DNA of 64,000 nucleotides from Halothiobacillus sp. (GCA_024635755.1 JAGXIF010000044.1:28086-92085), one strand, 5' to 3'. Counted from the first letter of the stretch, positions 1-11,460 are shown. Translations and numbers: made by a program. The notes: generated by a model not told the origin, from the sequence alone.

Positions 1-677
1 TCCTCCAGGTCGCCGCCCACCGAGGCCAGTGCCATCAGCACGCACCAAACGGCCAGCAACCAGGACGCCGTGGCGGCAAAGATCGGTAATATCGCGCCGA
101 TCGCGGCCAGCACCGCCACGCCGGCGAGTCCGCCGACCACACCCTCGATCGACTTGCCCGGGCTGATCATCGGGGCGAGCTTGTGGCGGCCGAATGCCCG
201 GCCGGCGAAATACGCCAGCGAGTCGGCCACGACGACGACCAGAACGCCGAACAGCAGCAACCACTGCCCGTCGGGTGCGGCATGCACCTCGACCATGGCG
301 AGCCAGAACAAGGGCAGGATCAGCAGCCCGGTCAACCGGCGCTGCCAGAAAGGCCGCAGGGGCGGGTGCGTGGTCCGGTAACGGAGCTGGGCGGAGAACA
401 GGAAGAGCCAGACGAGAGCGGCGAGCGCCATGGGCCAGGCGAGCGCCGTGGTGGGGACGAACTGTTGCCAGCCGACGGCGAGCAACACGGTCGCGACCAC
501 CCAGGGCCAGACATGACAGGGGGCAAGGCCGGCGAGACGAAACCACTCGACCGCAGCCCAGCCGAGGAGCAACAGAGTCAGGCCAGCGAACACCCGATCC
601 GGCGCCAGCAGCACCACGACCAGAGAGATCAGCCCGGCGATGCTCCCGGTGAGCAGGCGTAACGGCGTGCCGGTCAC
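1..677 (-). CDS. cdsA: Phosphatidate cytidylyltransferase (runs off the window start)
   Basis: Not in the ORF track; read manually. GTG at 677 overlaps the uppS stop. Hydrophobic protein with the CdsA signature ADSLAYFAGRAFGRHKLAPMISPGKSIEG. Canonical uppS-cdsA order. Confidence 0.9.
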   Translation of the reverse strand, partial: MTGTPLRLLTGSIAGLISLVVVLLAPDRVFAGLTLLLLGWAAVEWFRLAGLAPCHVWPWVVATVLLAVGWQQFVPTTALAWPMALAALVWLFLFSAQLRYRTTHPPLRPFWQRRLTGLLILPLFWLAMVEVHAAPDGQWLLLFGVLVVVVADSLAYFAGRAFGRHKLAPMISPGKSIEGVVGGLAGVAVLAAIGAILPIFAATASWLLAVWCVLMALASVGGDLE

Positions 678-1471
678 GAATCGTCTCCCTGGGTCGATGC
701 CGGCGGCTCCGAGCGGGCCTCCACCCGGCCGAAACGGCGGTCGCGAGCAGCAAACCAGCGCACCGCCGCCTCGAACTCTCCTTCATCGAACAGCGGCCAG
801 AGCACGTCGGTGAAGTAGAGCTCCGCGTAGGCGGCCTGCCACAAAAGGAAATTGCTCAGGCGGCGCTCGCCACCCGTGCGAATGAACAGGTCCACCGGCG
901 GCTGGCCGACGGTCGACAGCCCGCGTTCGAATTCATGGCGCAGGCAGTCGGGGTCGGCCAGCGTCAGGGGCGACTCGGCATGGCGTTCGGCGAGTTGGCG
1001 CGCGGCCTGCAGGATATCCCACTGGCCACCGTAGCTCACCGCGATCTGAAGTTGCAGGCGACGATTGGCGGCGGTGCGTTGCTCGGCCTTGACCATCAGC
1101 TCGCATACCCGAGCGTCGAGCCGCGAGCGATCCCCGATAAAGATCAGCCTGACGCCATTGTCGTCAAGCTCGTCGAGCTCTTTCTCCAGCGCATTGATGA
1201 ACAGGCTCATCAATGCGTCGACCTCGGCGGTCGGCCGCTTCCAGTTCTCCGAGGAGAAGGCGAACAGGGTCAGCAGCGGCACATCGAGCCGCATGGCGGC
1301 ACGGATCGTGGCGCGCACCGAGCGCCGCCCCCGCTGATGGCCCACCGTGCGCGGTAGATGCCGGGCACGGGCCCAGCGACCGTTGCCATCCATGACGATG
1401 GCGACGTGACGGGGCAGGCGCGCCGGGTCGATGCCGGAGACGGAGGCCGTGTCGTTGCTTCGCGCCCGCAC
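674..1471 (-). CDS. uppS: Undecaprenyl diphosphate synthase
   Basis: HVAIVMDGNGRWA, FSSENWKRP and RTGGERRLSNFLLWQ motifs; follows frr. Confidence 0.95.
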   Translation of the reverse strand: MRARSNDTASVSGIDPARLPRHVAIVMDGNGRWARARHLPRTVGHQRGRRSVRATIRAAMRLDVPLLTLFAFSSENWKRPTAEVDALMSLFINALEKELDELDDNGVRLIFIGDRSRLDARVCELMVKAEQRTAANRRLQLQIAVSYGGQWDILQAARQLAERHAESPLTLADPDCLRHEFERGLSTVGQPPVDLFIRTGGERRLSNFLLWQAAYAELYFTDVLWPLFDEGEFEAAVRWFAARDRRFGRVEARSEPPASTQGDDS

Positions 1472-1477
1472 GTCGGC

Positions 1478-2035
1478 TCAGACTTCCATCAGCTCTTTTT
1501 CTTTGTCGGCCACGATCTTGTCCACTTCGACAACACGCTCGTCGGTGAGCTTCTGGATGATGTCCTGCCCACGACGCTCGTCGTCCTCGGAAATCTCCTT
1601 TTCCTTGAGAAAGTTCTTGAGGTCGTTGTTGGCGTCGCGACGAATATTGCGGATGGCAATCTTGGCGTTCTCGCCCTCGTGACGCACGACCTTGCCCAGA
1701 TCCCGACGACGCTCCTCGGTCAGCGGCGGCATGGGAATGCGGATCACGGTGCCCGCCGTGGCCGGATTGAAGCCCAGGTCGGAGGTCATGATGGCCTTCT
1801 CGATCTTGCCGACCATGTCCTTCTCCCACGGAGTGACCGTCAGGGTGCGCGCATCCTCGGCCCCCAACTTGGCGACCTGGGAAAGCGGCACTTCACTGCC
1901 GTAATACTCCACGTGGATGTGATCGAGCACGTTCACGTTGGCGCGTCCGGTGCGAATCTTGGCGAGTTCGCTCTTGAGCGCATCGATGCTCTTGCTCATG
2001 CGTGCGCGAGCGTCTTTGACCACGTCGTCAATCAT
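1478..2035 (-). CDS. frr: Ribosome recycling factor
   Basis: [18 protein letters not shown] and [10 protein letters not shown] motifs; 185 aa. Confidence 0.97.
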   Translation of the reverse strand: MIDDVVKDARARMSKSIDALKSELAKIRTGRANVNVLDHIHVEYYGSEVPLSQVAKLGAEDARTLTVTPWEKDMVGKIEKAIMTSDLGFNPATAGTVIRIPMPPLTEERRRDLGKVVRHEGENAKIAIRNIRRDANNDLKNFLKEKEISEDDERRGQDIIQKLTDERVVEVDKIVADKEKELMEV

Positions 2036-2771
2036 TGTTCACTTTCTCCGCTGTCACCAGGGTTCCCACGGCCTCGCCGTTGATGGCACGAACCAGATTG
2101 CCCGGCTCGTTGATGTCCACCACCATCAGCGGCATTTGCTGATCGCGACACATCACGATCGCGGTGGCGTCCATCACGCCCAGCCGTTGGTCGAGCACGG
2201 CATTGTACGTCAAATGCTCATAGCGTTCCGCATCGGCATGCAGATGCGGATCGGCGTTGTAGACCCCGTCAACCTTGGTCGCCTTGATCATCAGATCGGC
2301 GTTGATCTCGGCCGCCCGGAGGCTCGCGCCGGAGTCTGTGGTGAAGAAGGGATTGCCGGTCCCGCCGACGAGCACCACGATGCGTCCGCGCTCCAGATGC
2401 CGAATGGCGCGCCGGCGAATGTAGTCCTCGCAGACGGCGTGGATCGACACCGCTGACATCACGCGCACCTGCAGCCCACGCTGCTCGAGCACGTCCTGCA
2501 TCGCCAGCCCGTTCATCACGGTGGCCAGCATGCCCATCTGGTCGCCAGTGACGCGATCCATGCCGGCATCGGCCAAACCGGCGCCGCGGAAGATATTGCC
2601 ACCACCGACCACCACGGCGACCTCGACCCCCTGATCCTTGAGTGCCAGGATGTCGTCGCCCAATCGACTGATTACCGCCGGATCGATCCCGAAGGACTGG
2701 TCTCCCATCAGCGCCTCGCCACTGAGTTTGAGCAGGACACGTCGATATCGGGGGGAGCCGGCAGCTTGCAT
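2028..2771 (-). CDS. pyrH: UMP kinase
   Basis: [27 protein letters not shown] and KATKVDGVY motifs. Confidence 0.97.
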   Translation of the reverse strand: MQAAGSPRYRRVLLKLSGEALMGDQSFGIDPAVISRLGDDILALKDQGVEVAVVVGGGNIFRGAGLADAGMDRVTGDQMGMLATVMNGLAMQDVLEQRGLQVRVMSAVSIHAVCEDYIRRRAIRHLERGRIVVLVGGTGNPFFTTDSGASLRAAEINADLMIKATKVDGVYNADPHLHADAERYEHLTYNAVLDQRLGVMDATAIVMCRDQQMPLMVVDINEPGNLVRAINGEAVGTLVTAEKVNND

Positions 2772-2842
2772 AACGATTCACCTATGGGCTTGTAGAACTT
2801 GCGAACGGATTGTCGCACCGCGAGACCTTCGCGGGCGACCGT

Positions 2843-2891
2843 GAATCTCTGCACAAGCCCGCCGGTGGACGCCGCACTTGTGCAGAGATTC
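2843..2891. repeat. Perfect 15-bp inverted repeat with a 19-bp spacer
   Basis: GAATCTCTGCACAAG (2843-2857) and CTTGTGCAGAGATTC (2877-2891) in the tsf-pyrH spacer. Confidence 0.75.
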
Positions 2892-2899
2892 TGCAACTC

Positions 2900-2927
2900 A
2901 AAAAAAAGCCGGGGTAGCCCCGGCTTT
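2900..2927 (-). terminator. Intrinsic terminator after tsf
   Basis: Minus strand AAAGCCGGGG-CTA-CCCCGGCTTT followed by a T run. Confidence 0.85.
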
Positions 2928-2938
2928 CCTGGCGGGGA

Positions 2939-3814
2939 TCACCCCCCCTTGACTTGCGCCATCACTTCGGCGGCGAAGTCGCCTTCCTCCTTCTCGATGC
3001 CTTCCCCGACTTCCATGCGCTCGAAGCGGACGACCTTGGCGCCCTCCTTCTTCAGCAGCTGGCCGACGGTCTGATCTGGATCCTTGACGAACGGCTGACC
3101 CACCAGGGTGGTCTCGGCGAGGAACTTGCGAATCCGGCCCTCGATCATCTTCTCGACGATCTCCGGCGGCTTGCCGGACTCGGCGGCCTGGGCGCGGAAG
3201 ATGTCGCGCTCCTTCTCCACGGTGGCCTCATCCACGTCGGACTCGTCGACGCAGCTCGGCTTGGTGGCCGCCACGTGCATGGCGAGATCCCGTGCCAGCT
3301 CCTCGCTGCCACCGTCCAGCTCAACCAGCACGCCAATGCGCTCGCCGTGGCGGTAGGCGCCGATGACGCCGCTGGTGGTCATGCGCACGAAACGACGCAT
3401 CTGGATGTTCTCGCCCAGCTTGGCAACCAGGGCCTTGCGGCGATCGTCGGCCTTCTCGCCATCGATCTCGAGGGCGTTGACGGCGTCCATGTCGGCCGGG
3501 TCATCGGCCAGGATGCGTTCAGCAACGGCATTGGCAAAGCCGGTGAAATCGTCACCCTTGGAGACGAAATCGGTCTCGGAGTTGATCTCGACCATCGCAG
3601 CCGACTTGCGGTCGTCGCTCAGCGCGATGGCGACCTGGCCCTCGGCGGCAACGCGGCCGGCCTTCTTGTCGGCCTTGGCCAGGCCGCTCTTGCGCATCTG
3701 TTCGATCGCGGCCTCGATGTCGCCGTCGGTCTCGACCAGAGCCTTCTTGCACTCCATCATCCCCGAGCCGGTACGCTCGCGGAGTTCTTTGACCAGAGAG
3801 GCAGTAATTGCCAT
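2939..3814 (-). CDS. tsf: Elongation factor Ts
   Basis: [19 protein letters not shown] and EINSETDFV motifs. Confidence 0.98.
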   Translation of the reverse strand: MAITASLVKELRERTGSGMMECKKALVETDGDIEAAIEQMRKSGLAKADKKAGRVAAEGQVAIALSDDRKSAAMVEINSETDFVSKGDDFTGFANAVAERILADDPADMDAVNALEIDGEKADDRRKALVAKLGENIQMRRFVRMTTSGVIGAYRHGERIGVLVELDGGSEELARDLAMHVAATKPSCVDESDVDEATVEKERDIFRAQAAESGKPPEIVEKMIEGRIRKFLAETTLVGQPFVKDPDQTVGQLLKKEGAKVVRFERMEVGEGIEKEEGDFAAEVMAQVKGG

Positions 3815-3844
3815 GAGCTGTCTTCTCCCGAAACTGTCTTGTAC

Positions 3845-3873
3845 AAAAACAACGGGCCAGTCGACCCGTTGTT
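3845..3873 (-). terminator. Attenuator-like hairpin between rpsB and tsf
   Basis: AACAACGGG-loop-CCCGTTGTT with a T tract on the minus strand; an analogous element is known in E. coli rpsB-tsf. Confidence 0.6.
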
Positions 3874-3919
3874 CAGAAAATCAAGCACGAGGCGGCCTTC
3901 TCGGCCACCCCGGCACGGC

Positions 3920-4666
3920 TCACTCCTTGGCCGCTTCTTCCTCGTCGGCAACCTCGACGAAGTCCGACTCGGTGACGTTGCTCGATGCACCCTTGGCATC
4001 CAGCACCGCATCGGCAACGGAAGAGGTGTACAGCTGGATGGCGCGAATGGCGTCATCGTTGCCCGGGATGACATAGTCGACGCCCTGAGCACTGTTGTTG
4101 GTGTCGACCACGGCGACCACCGGGATGCCGAGTTTCTTGGCTTCCTTGATGGCGATGTCCTCGTGACCCACGTCGATCACGAACAGCGCGTCCGGCAGGC
4201 GCTCCATATCCTGGATGCCGCCGATGGAACGCTCGAGCTTGGCGCGCTCGCGGGTCATTTCCAGTGCTTCCTTCTTCACCAGCTTGGCGAAGGTGCCATC
4301 CTCTTCCATCTGCTGGAGCGCCTTGAGGCGGCGGATGGAGGCACGCACGGTGCGGAAGTTGGTCATCATGCCACCGAGCCAGCGGTGGTTGACGTAGGGC
4401 ATGCCGCAGCGCTTGGCCTCGCTCTCGACCAGATCGCGAGCCGAACGCTTGGTGCCGACGAACATGACCTTGCCGCCATTCGCGGCCAGCTTACCGACAT
4501 AGTTCAAGGCGTCCTCGAACATCGGCAGCGTCTTTTCGAGGTTGACGATGTGGATCCGGTTGCGCTGACCGAAGATGTAGGGCGCCATGCCCGGATTCCA
4601 GTATCGAGTCTGGTGACCGAAGTGGACACCGGCCTCGATCATCTGACGCATTGTGATTTTAGCCAT
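3920..4666 (-). CDS. rpsB: 30S ribosomal protein S2
   Basis: [24 protein letters not shown] and [11 protein letters not shown] motifs. Confidence 0.98.
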   Translation of the reverse strand: MAKITMRQMIEAGVHFGHQTRYWNPGMAPYIFGQRNRIHIVNLEKTLPMFEDALNYVGKLAANGGKVMFVGTKRSARDLVESEAKRCGMPYVNHRWLGGMMTNFRTVRASIRRLKALQQMEEDGTFAKLVKKEALEMTRERAKLERSIGGIQDMERLPDALFVIDVGHEDIAIKEAKKLGIPVVAVVDTNNSAQGVDYVIPGNDDAIRAIQLYTSSVADAVLDAKGASSNVTESDFVEVADEEEAAKE

Positions 4667-4685
4667 TGTTAACTACCTGATTTCG

Positions 4686-4775
4686 TTGGGTTAGGCCTCC
4701 GCCCGATCTGGCAGCGCAACCCCCGATTCGACCGGTGGGCACCCCGCGCTGCCATATTGATGGGCGTGTGGAATT
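4686..4775 (-). ncRNA. t44 / rpsB leader RNA (S2 autoregulatory element)
   Basis: Minus strand has the conserved CACAC...GGGGTGCC...GGAGGCCTAACCC pattern of gammaproteobacterial rpsB leaders. TATAAT at 4818-4813 with a GC-rich discriminator lies upstream. Boundaries approximate. Confidence 0.8.
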
Positions 4776-4866
4776 TCCGGGCATTGTTTACAACAGATGA
4801 CCCGGCGCGCGGATTATACGTGAGTTGCCGGCTTGAGGGAAACTCGGCGGCGAACCTCGCGGCCTT

Positions 4867-6204
4867 TCACGCCGCGGCGTGCGCCCTCACGGCCTCGGCC
4901 AGCCCCTCGGCCACATCGCGCACCTGGTCGGCGGACTCGCCCTCGACCATGACACGGATGAGGGGCTCGGTCCCGGAAGGACGCAACAGGACGCGACCCC
5001 GACCGGCCAGCTGCGCCTCGGCCGCCCGCACCGCCTCGCGGATCACGGGGTCCTCCACAGAAAGTGGCTGCTCGATGCGCACGTTGATCAGCGCCTGCGG
5101 CAGGATGTCCATCGACTGGAGTAGCTCGTCCAGCGAGCGCTCCCGACGCGCCATCTCGGCCAGCACCTGGAGCGCAGCCACGATGCCGTCCCCGGTGGTA
5201 TGGCGATCCAGACACAGCAGATGACCGGAAGACTCCCCACCCAGCAACCAACGCTCGCGCCGGAGGGCTTCGTGCACATAGCGATCGCCCACCTTGGCCC
5301 GAAAGAAGGGGTGCCCCAGGGCCTCGATGGCCCGCTCCAGCCCCAGGTTGCTCATCAAGGTACCGACCACCCCGCCCGCGTAGCCCTGCTGAATGCGTCC
5401 CGAAGCAATCACGTACAGCAGTTCGTCGCCGTCCCGTATCGCGCCCTGGGCGTCAACCATCACCACCCGGTCGCCATCACCATCGAAAGCCACGCCCAGA
5501 TCGGCACCAGCCTCGAGAACGGCGTCACGCAGCGATTCCGGGTGAGTCGAGCCGACACCTTCATTGATATTGAAGCCGTCAGGGGAGGCACCGATCACCT
5601 GAACGTCGGCGCCCAGCTCGGCGAATACGCGCGGTGCGACCTGATAGGTCGCGCCATGGGCGCAGTCGACAACCACGCGCAACCCGGCAAGGCTCATGCC
5701 GATCGGCACGGTGCTCTTGCAAAACTCGATGTAGCGCCCTGGGGCATCCTCGATACGCTCGGCCTTCCCCAGCTGGCGGTTGTCGATCACCTCGAGAGGG
5801 CGATCCAACATTGCCTGTATCTCGTCCTCGACCGCGTCCGGCAATTTCTCGCCATGGGCGGAGAAGAACTTGACCCCGTTATCGTGAAACGGGTTGTGCG
5901 AGGCACTGATGACCACACCCGCGGACGCCCGCAGGGTGCGCGTGAGGTAGGCGATCGCCGGCGTGGGCATAGGCCCGAGCAACCGGACGTCGACGCCGGC
6001 TGCAGAAAAACCCGCCTCCAGCGCCGACTCGAACATGTAGCCGGACACGCGGGTGTCCTTGCCGATCAGGACACGCCGGCGGCCATGGCTGCCGAGCACC
6101 TTGCCGGCCGCCCAGCCAAGTTTGAGGACGAACTCCGGGGTCATGGGCCACTGGCCGACCGCCCCGCGCACTCCATCGGTTCCGAATACCCTGGTCACAC
6201 TCAC
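4867..6204 (-). CDS. glmM: Phosphoglucosamine mutase
   Basis: [15 protein letters not shown] (phosphoserine), DGDGDR and [14 protein letters not shown] motifs. Confidence 0.97.
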   Translation of the reverse strand: MSVTRVFGTDGVRGAVGQWPMTPEFVLKLGWAAGKVLGSHGRRRVLIGKDTRVSGYMFESALEAGFSAAGVDVRLLGPMPTPAIAYLTRTLRASAGVVISASHNPFHDNGVKFFSAHGEKLPDAVEDEIQAMLDRPLEVIDNRQLGKAERIEDAPGRYIEFCKSTVPIGMSLAGLRVVVDCAHGATYQVAPRVFAELGADVQVIGASPDGFNINEGVGSTHPESLRDAVLEAGADLGVAFDGDGDRVVMVDAQGAIRDGDELLYVIASGRIQQGYAGGVVGTLMSNLGLERAIEALGHPFFRAKVGDRYVHEALRRERWLLGGESSGHLLCLDRHTTGDGIVAALQVLAEMARRERSLDELLQSMDILPQALINVRIEQPLSVEDPVIREAVRAAEAQLAGRGRVLLRPSGTEPLIRVMVEGESADQVRDVAEGLAEAVRAHAAA

Positions 6205-6265
6205 TTCCTCGACCCGTCAGGATCCCGGCCAGCCCCCGTGCTGGCCGGGCCTTGACTGGCAAAAG

Positions 6266-6291
6266 CAAAAACGCCGGCTGACAAGCCGGCG
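6266..6291 (-). terminator. Intrinsic terminator after the cytochrome c gene
   Basis: Minus strand CGCCGGCT-TGTC-AGCCGGCG-TTTTT. Confidence 0.75.
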
Positions 6292-6356
6292 CCTCGAAAT
6301 CTTGCGCACCCGACCGCCCTTTTCGGGGCCAGGCGGGTTCGCGCTAACGCGCAACC

Positions 6357-7043
6357 TTACTCGGCAGCCTGCTCTTCGCCAATAGTCGCGACGTAGGCGG
6401 CCAGGTTGTTGATGTCCGCGTCAGACAGATGGGTCGCCTGAGGAATCATCGTGTAGGAATACGTACCCATCTCGGTGCCCTTGCGGTAGACCTTGAGCAG
6501 GGACGCCACCTGCGAGGCCGGCAGGCCCTTGAGCTTCGGCGCGTTCATCAGGTGACCACCCTCGCCCTGCTCGCCGTGGCAAATGGCACAGGAGGAATAA
6601 AGCGCCTGGCCACGCTCGACGTCGGCCTTGGCAATCTCGCCAGTCGCAGCCGGGGCCGGCTCGGCGGCGGCCTGGTCACCACCCGCGGCGGCGCCACCGA
6701 ACTCGGCGGCAACGTGGGCGGCCAGATCGGCAATATCACCATCGGACAGGCCGGAGGCGTTCGGCGCCATGGTGCCGTAGCGGTCACCGAGGCCGACGCT
6801 CTTGAGGTACTCCTGATCACCCTCGCGGTAAGCGGTCAGCTTCTTGGCAACCTCATCCTCGCCCAGGCCAGTCAGCTTGGGAAAGGCACCGCCTTGACCA
6901 CCACCATCTGCACCGTGGCAAGCGGCACAACTGGTGTACTTGCTTTTACCCGCTTCCGGATCACCGGCAGCATGGCCCATCAACGGGGCGGCCAGGGCCC
7001 CGCTGGCAGCGAGGGCAATGAGTGAACGACGCATCTGTTTCAT
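6357..7043 (-). CDS. Periplasmic diheme class I cytochrome c (c4-like)
   Basis: Start re-called at ATG 7043 (MKQMRRSLIALAAS). Sec signal peptide, two heme motifs (CAACH, CAICH) each with a downstream Met, and an Ala/Pro-rich linker. Confidence 0.85.
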   Translation of the reverse strand: MKQMRRSLIALAASGALAAPLMGHAAGDPEAGKSKYTSCAACHGADGGGQGGAFPKLTGLGEDEVAKKLTAYREGDQEYLKSVGLGDRYGTMAPNASGLSDGDIADLAAHVAAEFGGAAAGGDQAAAEPAPAATGEIAKADVERGQALYSSCAICHGEQGEGGHLMNAPKLKGLPASQVASLLKVYRKGTEMGTYSYTMIPQATHLSDADINNLAAYVATIGEEQAAE

Positions 7044-7290
7044 GTTTTTTCTCTCAACTGTTGTACGCCGCACCATCCGGATTTCACCACCAGGGCAATA
7101 GCAGGACAGCATCGCAAAAACGTGGCCGGGCGGATGGGACGGCGATTTCAAGTCAACCAAATTAACCCCGCCGAGCAAAATATCAGAAAACCCTAATTCA
7201 AGCCAAGGCAAACGCTTTTATGCCTGAAAAGGCGGGTTTGTCACCGCTCACCCCAAATCGGGCGCCGCCAAACAAATAAATCACTCAGGG

Positions 7291-8133
7291 CTAGCCGGCC
7301 CGACGCATCGCCTGCCAGACGGCGAGCGCATCGCGCGTGGCGGCGACGTCATGCACGCGCAGTACCGTCGCGCCGCGCTCGACCGCGAGCAGGGCGGCCG
7401 CCGCACTCCCGATGGCACGCTCCTCGACGGGTCGCCCCGTCGCCTCGCCCACCATCCGCTTGCGCGACATGCCCACTAGCACGGGGGCATCGAGGCACGC
7501 CAAGGCCTGCAGGCGGCGCAAGAGATCGAAATTCTGTTCGCTGGTCTTGGCAAAGCCGAACCCCGGGTCGACCAGGATCCGGTCCGCCGGTATGCCCGCC
7601 TGTGTGAGCGCATCGATCCGGCCAGCAAGATAGGCGACCACCTCGTCGACCACGTCGGCGTAATCGGTACGCCCGGCCATGTCCCCGGGCTCGCCGCGCA
7701 TGTGCATGACGCAGACCGACGCCCCGCTGGCCGCCGCGGCCTCAAGCGCCCCCGGGCGAGTGAGCGCCCGGACATCGTTGACCAGGCAGGCGCCGGCCTC
7801 CACTGCCCGGGTGATCACCGCCGGCGTGCTGGTGTCCACCGACAGCGGGCAGTCGAAACGCGTCGCTAGCGCCTCGATCACCGGGATCACCCGCTCGAGC
7901 TCCTCCTCCGGCGAGATCGGCTCGGCGCCGGGACGGGTCGATTCGCCACCGACGTCTATCATGTCGGCGCCCGCCTCGAGCATCGCGGCAGCGGCCTCCA
8001 CCGCCCGGTCGACCGAATTGAAGCGCCCCCCGTCGGAAAACGAATCCGGGGTCGCGTTGAGTATCCCCATGATCAGGGGAGACTCCACCGCCCCCGCACG
8101 CGGCCAGTCCGGACAGGGGTGCCGCCGAGTCAT
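7291..8133 (-). CDS. folP: Dihydropteroate synthase
   Basis: [36 protein letters not shown] and RVHDV motifs; follows ftsH. Confidence 0.96.
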   Translation of the reverse strand: MTRRHPCPDWPRAGAVESPLIMGILNATPDSFSDGGRFNSVDRAVEAAAAMLEAGADMIDVGGESTRPGAEPISPEEELERVIPVIEALATRFDCPLSVDTSTPAVITRAVEAGACLVNDVRALTRPGALEAAAASGASVCVMHMRGEPGDMAGRTDYADVVDEVVAYLAGRIDALTQAGIPADRILVDPGFGFAKTSEQNFDLLRRLQALACLDAPVLVGMSRKRMVGEATGRPVEERAIGSAAAALLAVERGATVLRVHDVAATRDALAVWQAMRRAG

Positions 8134-10139
8134 CCGCCGCGCGGACCTCCCAGCGGTTGACCGTCGGGCGTCTTATCACCATCGCCGCGACCACCCTCGT
8201 CGGACTCGTCGCTCGGACCCGGCGTGGCGTCCTCGCCGTCTTCGGCTTCCTCGTCAGTGGTGTCGATGGTGGCACCGGAGCTGGGCGGCTCGTTGTCGGA
8301 CTCGGACTCGTCGTCATGCCAGTCGGCCGGTTCGCGCACCGGGCGACGCTCCATCAGGTCGTCGATCTGGCCGGCATCGATAGTCTCGTATTTCCTCAGC
8401 GCTTCGGCCATGGCATGCAGGATGTCCATATTGTCCACCAGGATCTGGTGGCAACGCTGGTAGTTGCGATCGATGACATCCTTGATCTCGACGTCGATAA
8501 TCTCCTTGGTCTCGTCGGAGAAATGGCCGCCGGCGGCCTGGCGCCCCATGAACGGGTCGCCGTCGTCCTCGGAGTAATAGAGCGTGCCCAGCTTTCCGGA
8601 CATGCCCCACTTGGTCACCATGTTGCGCGCCAGCTCGGTCGCCCGCTCGATGTCGTTGGAGGCACCGGTGGTGACGGCCTCGTCACCGAAGATCAGTTCC
8701 TCGGCAATGCGCCCGCCAAACAGGCTGGAGATATTGGACTCGAGCTTGCGCTTGGAATAGCTGTAGCGATCCTGGTCGGGCAGGAACATGGTGATGCCCA
8801 GCGCCCGGCCACGCGGAATGATCGAGACCTTGTAGACGGGATCATGCTCGGGGACGAGGCGACCGACGATGGCATGGCCCGCCTCGTGATAGGCGGTCAG
8901 CTTCTTCTCGTCCTCGCTCATCACCATGGACTTGCGCTCGGCGCCCATGATGATCTTGTCCTTGGCACGCTCGAGATCAGCCATGTTGACATCGGGCTTG
9001 TTCGACCGCGCGGCGAACAGCGCCGCCTCGTTGACCAGGTTGGCCAGGTCCGCCCCGGAAAAGCCGGGCGTTCCGCGGGCAATCAGGGTCGGCTCGACGT
9101 CCTTGGCGGCCGGCACCTTGCGCAGGTGCACCTTGAGGATCTGTTCGCGTCCGCGCACATCCGGCAGACCGACGACCACCTGGCGGTCGAAACGCCCCGG
9201 ACGCAGCAGTGCCTTGTCGAGCACGTCGGCCCGGTTGGTGGCGGCCACGACGATCACGCCCTCGTTGCCCTCGAAACCGTCCATCTCGACCAGCAGCTGG
9301 TTGAGCGTCTGTTCCCGCTCGTCATGCCCACCGCCCATGCCGGAACCGCGGGTTCGACCCACGGCATCGATCTCGTCGATGAAGATGATGCAGGGGGCCT
9401 GCTTCTTGGCCTGCTCGAACATGTCGCGGACCCGCGAGGCGCCCACACCGACGAACATCTCGACGAAATCGGAACCGGAAATCGAGAAGAACGGCACCTT
9501 GGCCTCGCCGGCCACGGCCTTGGCGAGCAGCGTCTTGCCGGTCCCAGGCGGGCCGACCATCAGCACGCCGCGCGGAATGGTGCCACCCAGACGCTGGAAC
9601 TTGCCCGGATCCTTGAGGAAGTCGACCAGCTCGACCACCTCCTCCTTGGCCTCGTCGGCGCCGGCCACATCACCGAAGGTGACCTTGACCTGGTCCTCGC
9701 TCATCAGCTTGGCCTTGGACTTGCCGAAGCTCATTGCGCCCCGGCCGCCACCGCCCTGCATCTGGCGCATGAAGAAGATCCAGATGGCGATCAGCAGAAT
9801 GAACGGGAACCATTGGATGAATATCGTCATCAGCAGTGACGGCTTCTCCGGCGCCTTGGCGTTGATGGTGACGTTGTTGTTCAGCAGGTCACCCACCAGG
9901 GCGCGGTTGTCCGTCTCCGGGCTGTAGGTTTCGAACCGCCCGGCGGTGCCACTCGTTCCCTTGATCGTCTGGCCCTCGAGGGTGACGGAATCGACGTTGC
10001 CGTTCTTCACCTCCTGGATGAACTGGGAATACGGCATCGACTGGGCTGTCGCCGAGCGTTGATCGAAGCTGTTGAACACCGTCATGAGCACGACGGCGAT
10101 CACCACCCAGATCAGGATATTTTTGGTCAAGTCGTTCAA
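8130..10139 (-). CDS. ftsH: ATP-dependent zinc metalloprotease FtsH
   Basis: Two TM segments, Walker [27 protein letters not shown] zinc motif; TTG start. Confidence 0.98.
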   Translation of the reverse strand: MNDLTKNILIWVVIAVVLMTVFNSFDQRSATAQSMPYSQFIQEVKNGNVDSVTLEGQTIKGTSGTAGRFETYSPETDNRALVGDLLNNNVTINAKAPEKPSLLMTIFIQWFPFILLIAIWIFFMRQMQGGGGRGAMSFGKSKAKLMSEDQVKVTFGDVAGADEAKEEVVELVDFLKDPGKFQRLGGTIPRGVLMVGPPGTGKTLLAKAVAGEAKVPFFSISGSDFVEMFVGVGASRVRDMFEQAKKQAPCIIFIDEIDAVGRTRGSGMGGGHDEREQTLNQLLVEMDGFEGNEGVIVVAATNRADVLDKALLRPGRFDRQVVVGLPDVRGREQILKVHLRKVPAAKDVEPTLIARGTPGFSGADLANLVNEAALFAARSNKPDVNMADLERAKDKIIMGAERKSMVMSEDEKKLTAYHEAGHAIVGRLVPEHDPVYKVSIIPRGRALGITMFLPDQDRYSYSKRKLESNISSLFGGRIAEELIFGDEAVTTGASNDIERATELARNMVTKWGMSGKLGTLYYSEDDGDPFMGRQAAGGHFSDETKEIIDVEIKDVIDRNYQRCHQILVDNMDILHAMAEALRKYETIDAGQIDDLMERRPVREPADWHDDESESDNEPPSSGATIDTTDEEAEDGEDATPGPSDESDEGGRGDGDKTPDGQPLGGPRGG

Positions 10140-10226
10140 CGCAACACCTCTGCGAGCGGTTATCGCAACAATGGCCGGAACACGCGACGTGCCCGGCCAG
10201 CGATAACGGAATTATTCATGCCTACC

Positions 10227-10850
10227 TTATCTTAGGCGCTTACCGGTTGCCACCAGATATACCTCGCGCGAACGAGGACGGGAGGCCTTGGGCTTGCGGA
10301 CCACGACGCGGTCGAACCGCTGCCGCACTTCCTTGACGAACTCGTCGAAACCTTCGCCCTGGAACAGCTTGGTCACGAAGGCGCCCTTCTCCTTGAGCAT
10401 CCGATCACAGAAATCCAGCGCAAGTTCCGCCAGATACATGGAACGGGGGATATCGACCGAGTCGACCCCACTCATGTTGGGGGCCATGTCGGAAAGAACA
10501 AGATCGACTTCACGACCTTCAAGCGCCTGCTCGAGCTGTTCGAGCACGGCATCCTCGGTGAAGTCGCCCTGCAGGACCGTGGTGTCGGCGAAGTGATCCA
10601 TTGCCAGCAGGTCGAGGGCAAACACGTGCCCCTTGGAGCCGACCTGTTGCGCGGCCAGCTGGGTCCAGCCGCCGGGGGCCGCGCCCAGGTCGACCACGGT
10701 CATCCCCTGGCGGAGGAAACGATCGCGGTCGTTGAGCTCGATCAGCTTGTAGACCGCCCGCGAGCGATAACCTTCGCGCTGGGCCTTTTGCACGAACTCG
10801 TCGCTGAAATGCTCGCTGAGCCAACGCTTGCTGCTCACGGAACGTGCCAT
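10227..10850 (-). CDS. rlmE: 23S rRNA Um2552 methyltransferase RlmE (FtsJ)
   Basis: Start re-called at ATG 10850. [25 protein letters not shown] and SREVY motifs. Confidence 0.96.
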   Translation of the reverse strand: MARSVSSKRWLSEHFSDEFVQKAQREGYRSRAVYKLIELNDRDRFLRQGMTVVDLGAAPGGWTQLAAQQVGSKGHVFALDLLAMDHFADTTVLQGDFTEDAVLEQLEQALEGREVDLVLSDMAPNMSGVDSVDIPRSMYLAELALDFCDRMLKEKGAFVTKLFQGEGFDEFVKEVRQRFDRVVVRKPKASRPRSREVYLVATGKRLR

Positions 10851-10947
10851 GACGCCTCCATCTGAGGACGAAAAAAAGGGGCACGAATTATCCCCGATTG
10901 CCCCTCTCAGCCCAAATCGGCGAGCCGCCGCCGGACGCGATACCGGC

Positions 10948-11460
10948 TCAGTGCTCCGAATGCGTCCCGCCCATGGCGTGACCACGGCGCTTGACCGGCG
11001 CTTCGACCATCAGGGTATTGCCATCGTCGAACGTCAGTTCGATCGGGACCGAGTCGCCTTCGACGAGCGGGCGTTGCAGGCCAATCAGCATGATGTGATA
11101 GCCGCCTGGGGCCAACTGCACCGCCTCGCCAGCCGGGATGGCAATCCGCTCCTGCTCGATCATGCGATGCATGCCGTCCTTGTTGACAGACCGGTGCAAC
11201 TCGACGGCCTCGAAGCCGTCCGCCGCCGCGGCAAGGAGGTCGACGTCCGTCTCCCCGCCGTTATGCAGCGTCATGAAACCGGCCGTGGCGTACGCCCCCG
11301 GCGGGGTCAATGCCACCCAAGCATCGTGTGCCTGGACATCGGCGGCCCATGCCATCGGCGCGAGCAGCAGCCCGGCGATACCGAATAGCATCACCTGGGT
11401 GATCCGCAGTGGGTGGACGAGCCCTCGGGCGGAGCGGACACTCTGTCTATCATTCATCAT
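10948..11460 (-). CDS. Periplasmic copper chaperone PCu(A)C
   Basis: Signal peptide; H-x10-M...HxM copper ligands ([14 protein letters not shown]...GGYHIML). Start overlaps the SCO stop. Confidence 0.88.
   Translation of the reverse strand: MMNDRQSVRSARGLVHPLRITQVMLFGIAGLLLAPMAWAADVQAHDAWVALTPPGAYATAGFMTLHNGGETDVDLLAAAADGFEAVELHRSVNKDGMHRMIEQERIAIPAGEAVQLAPGGYHIMLIGLQRPLVEGDSVPIELTFDDGNTLMVEAPVKRRGHAMGGTHSEH

Noticed and set aside
2954-4672. 572-aa plus-strand ORF spanning tsf and rpsB
   Set aside because: Antisense shadow ORF caused by high-GC codon bias; no motifs.
8157-9839. 560-aa ORF antisense to ftsH
   Set aside because: Shadow ORF of a highly conserved gene.
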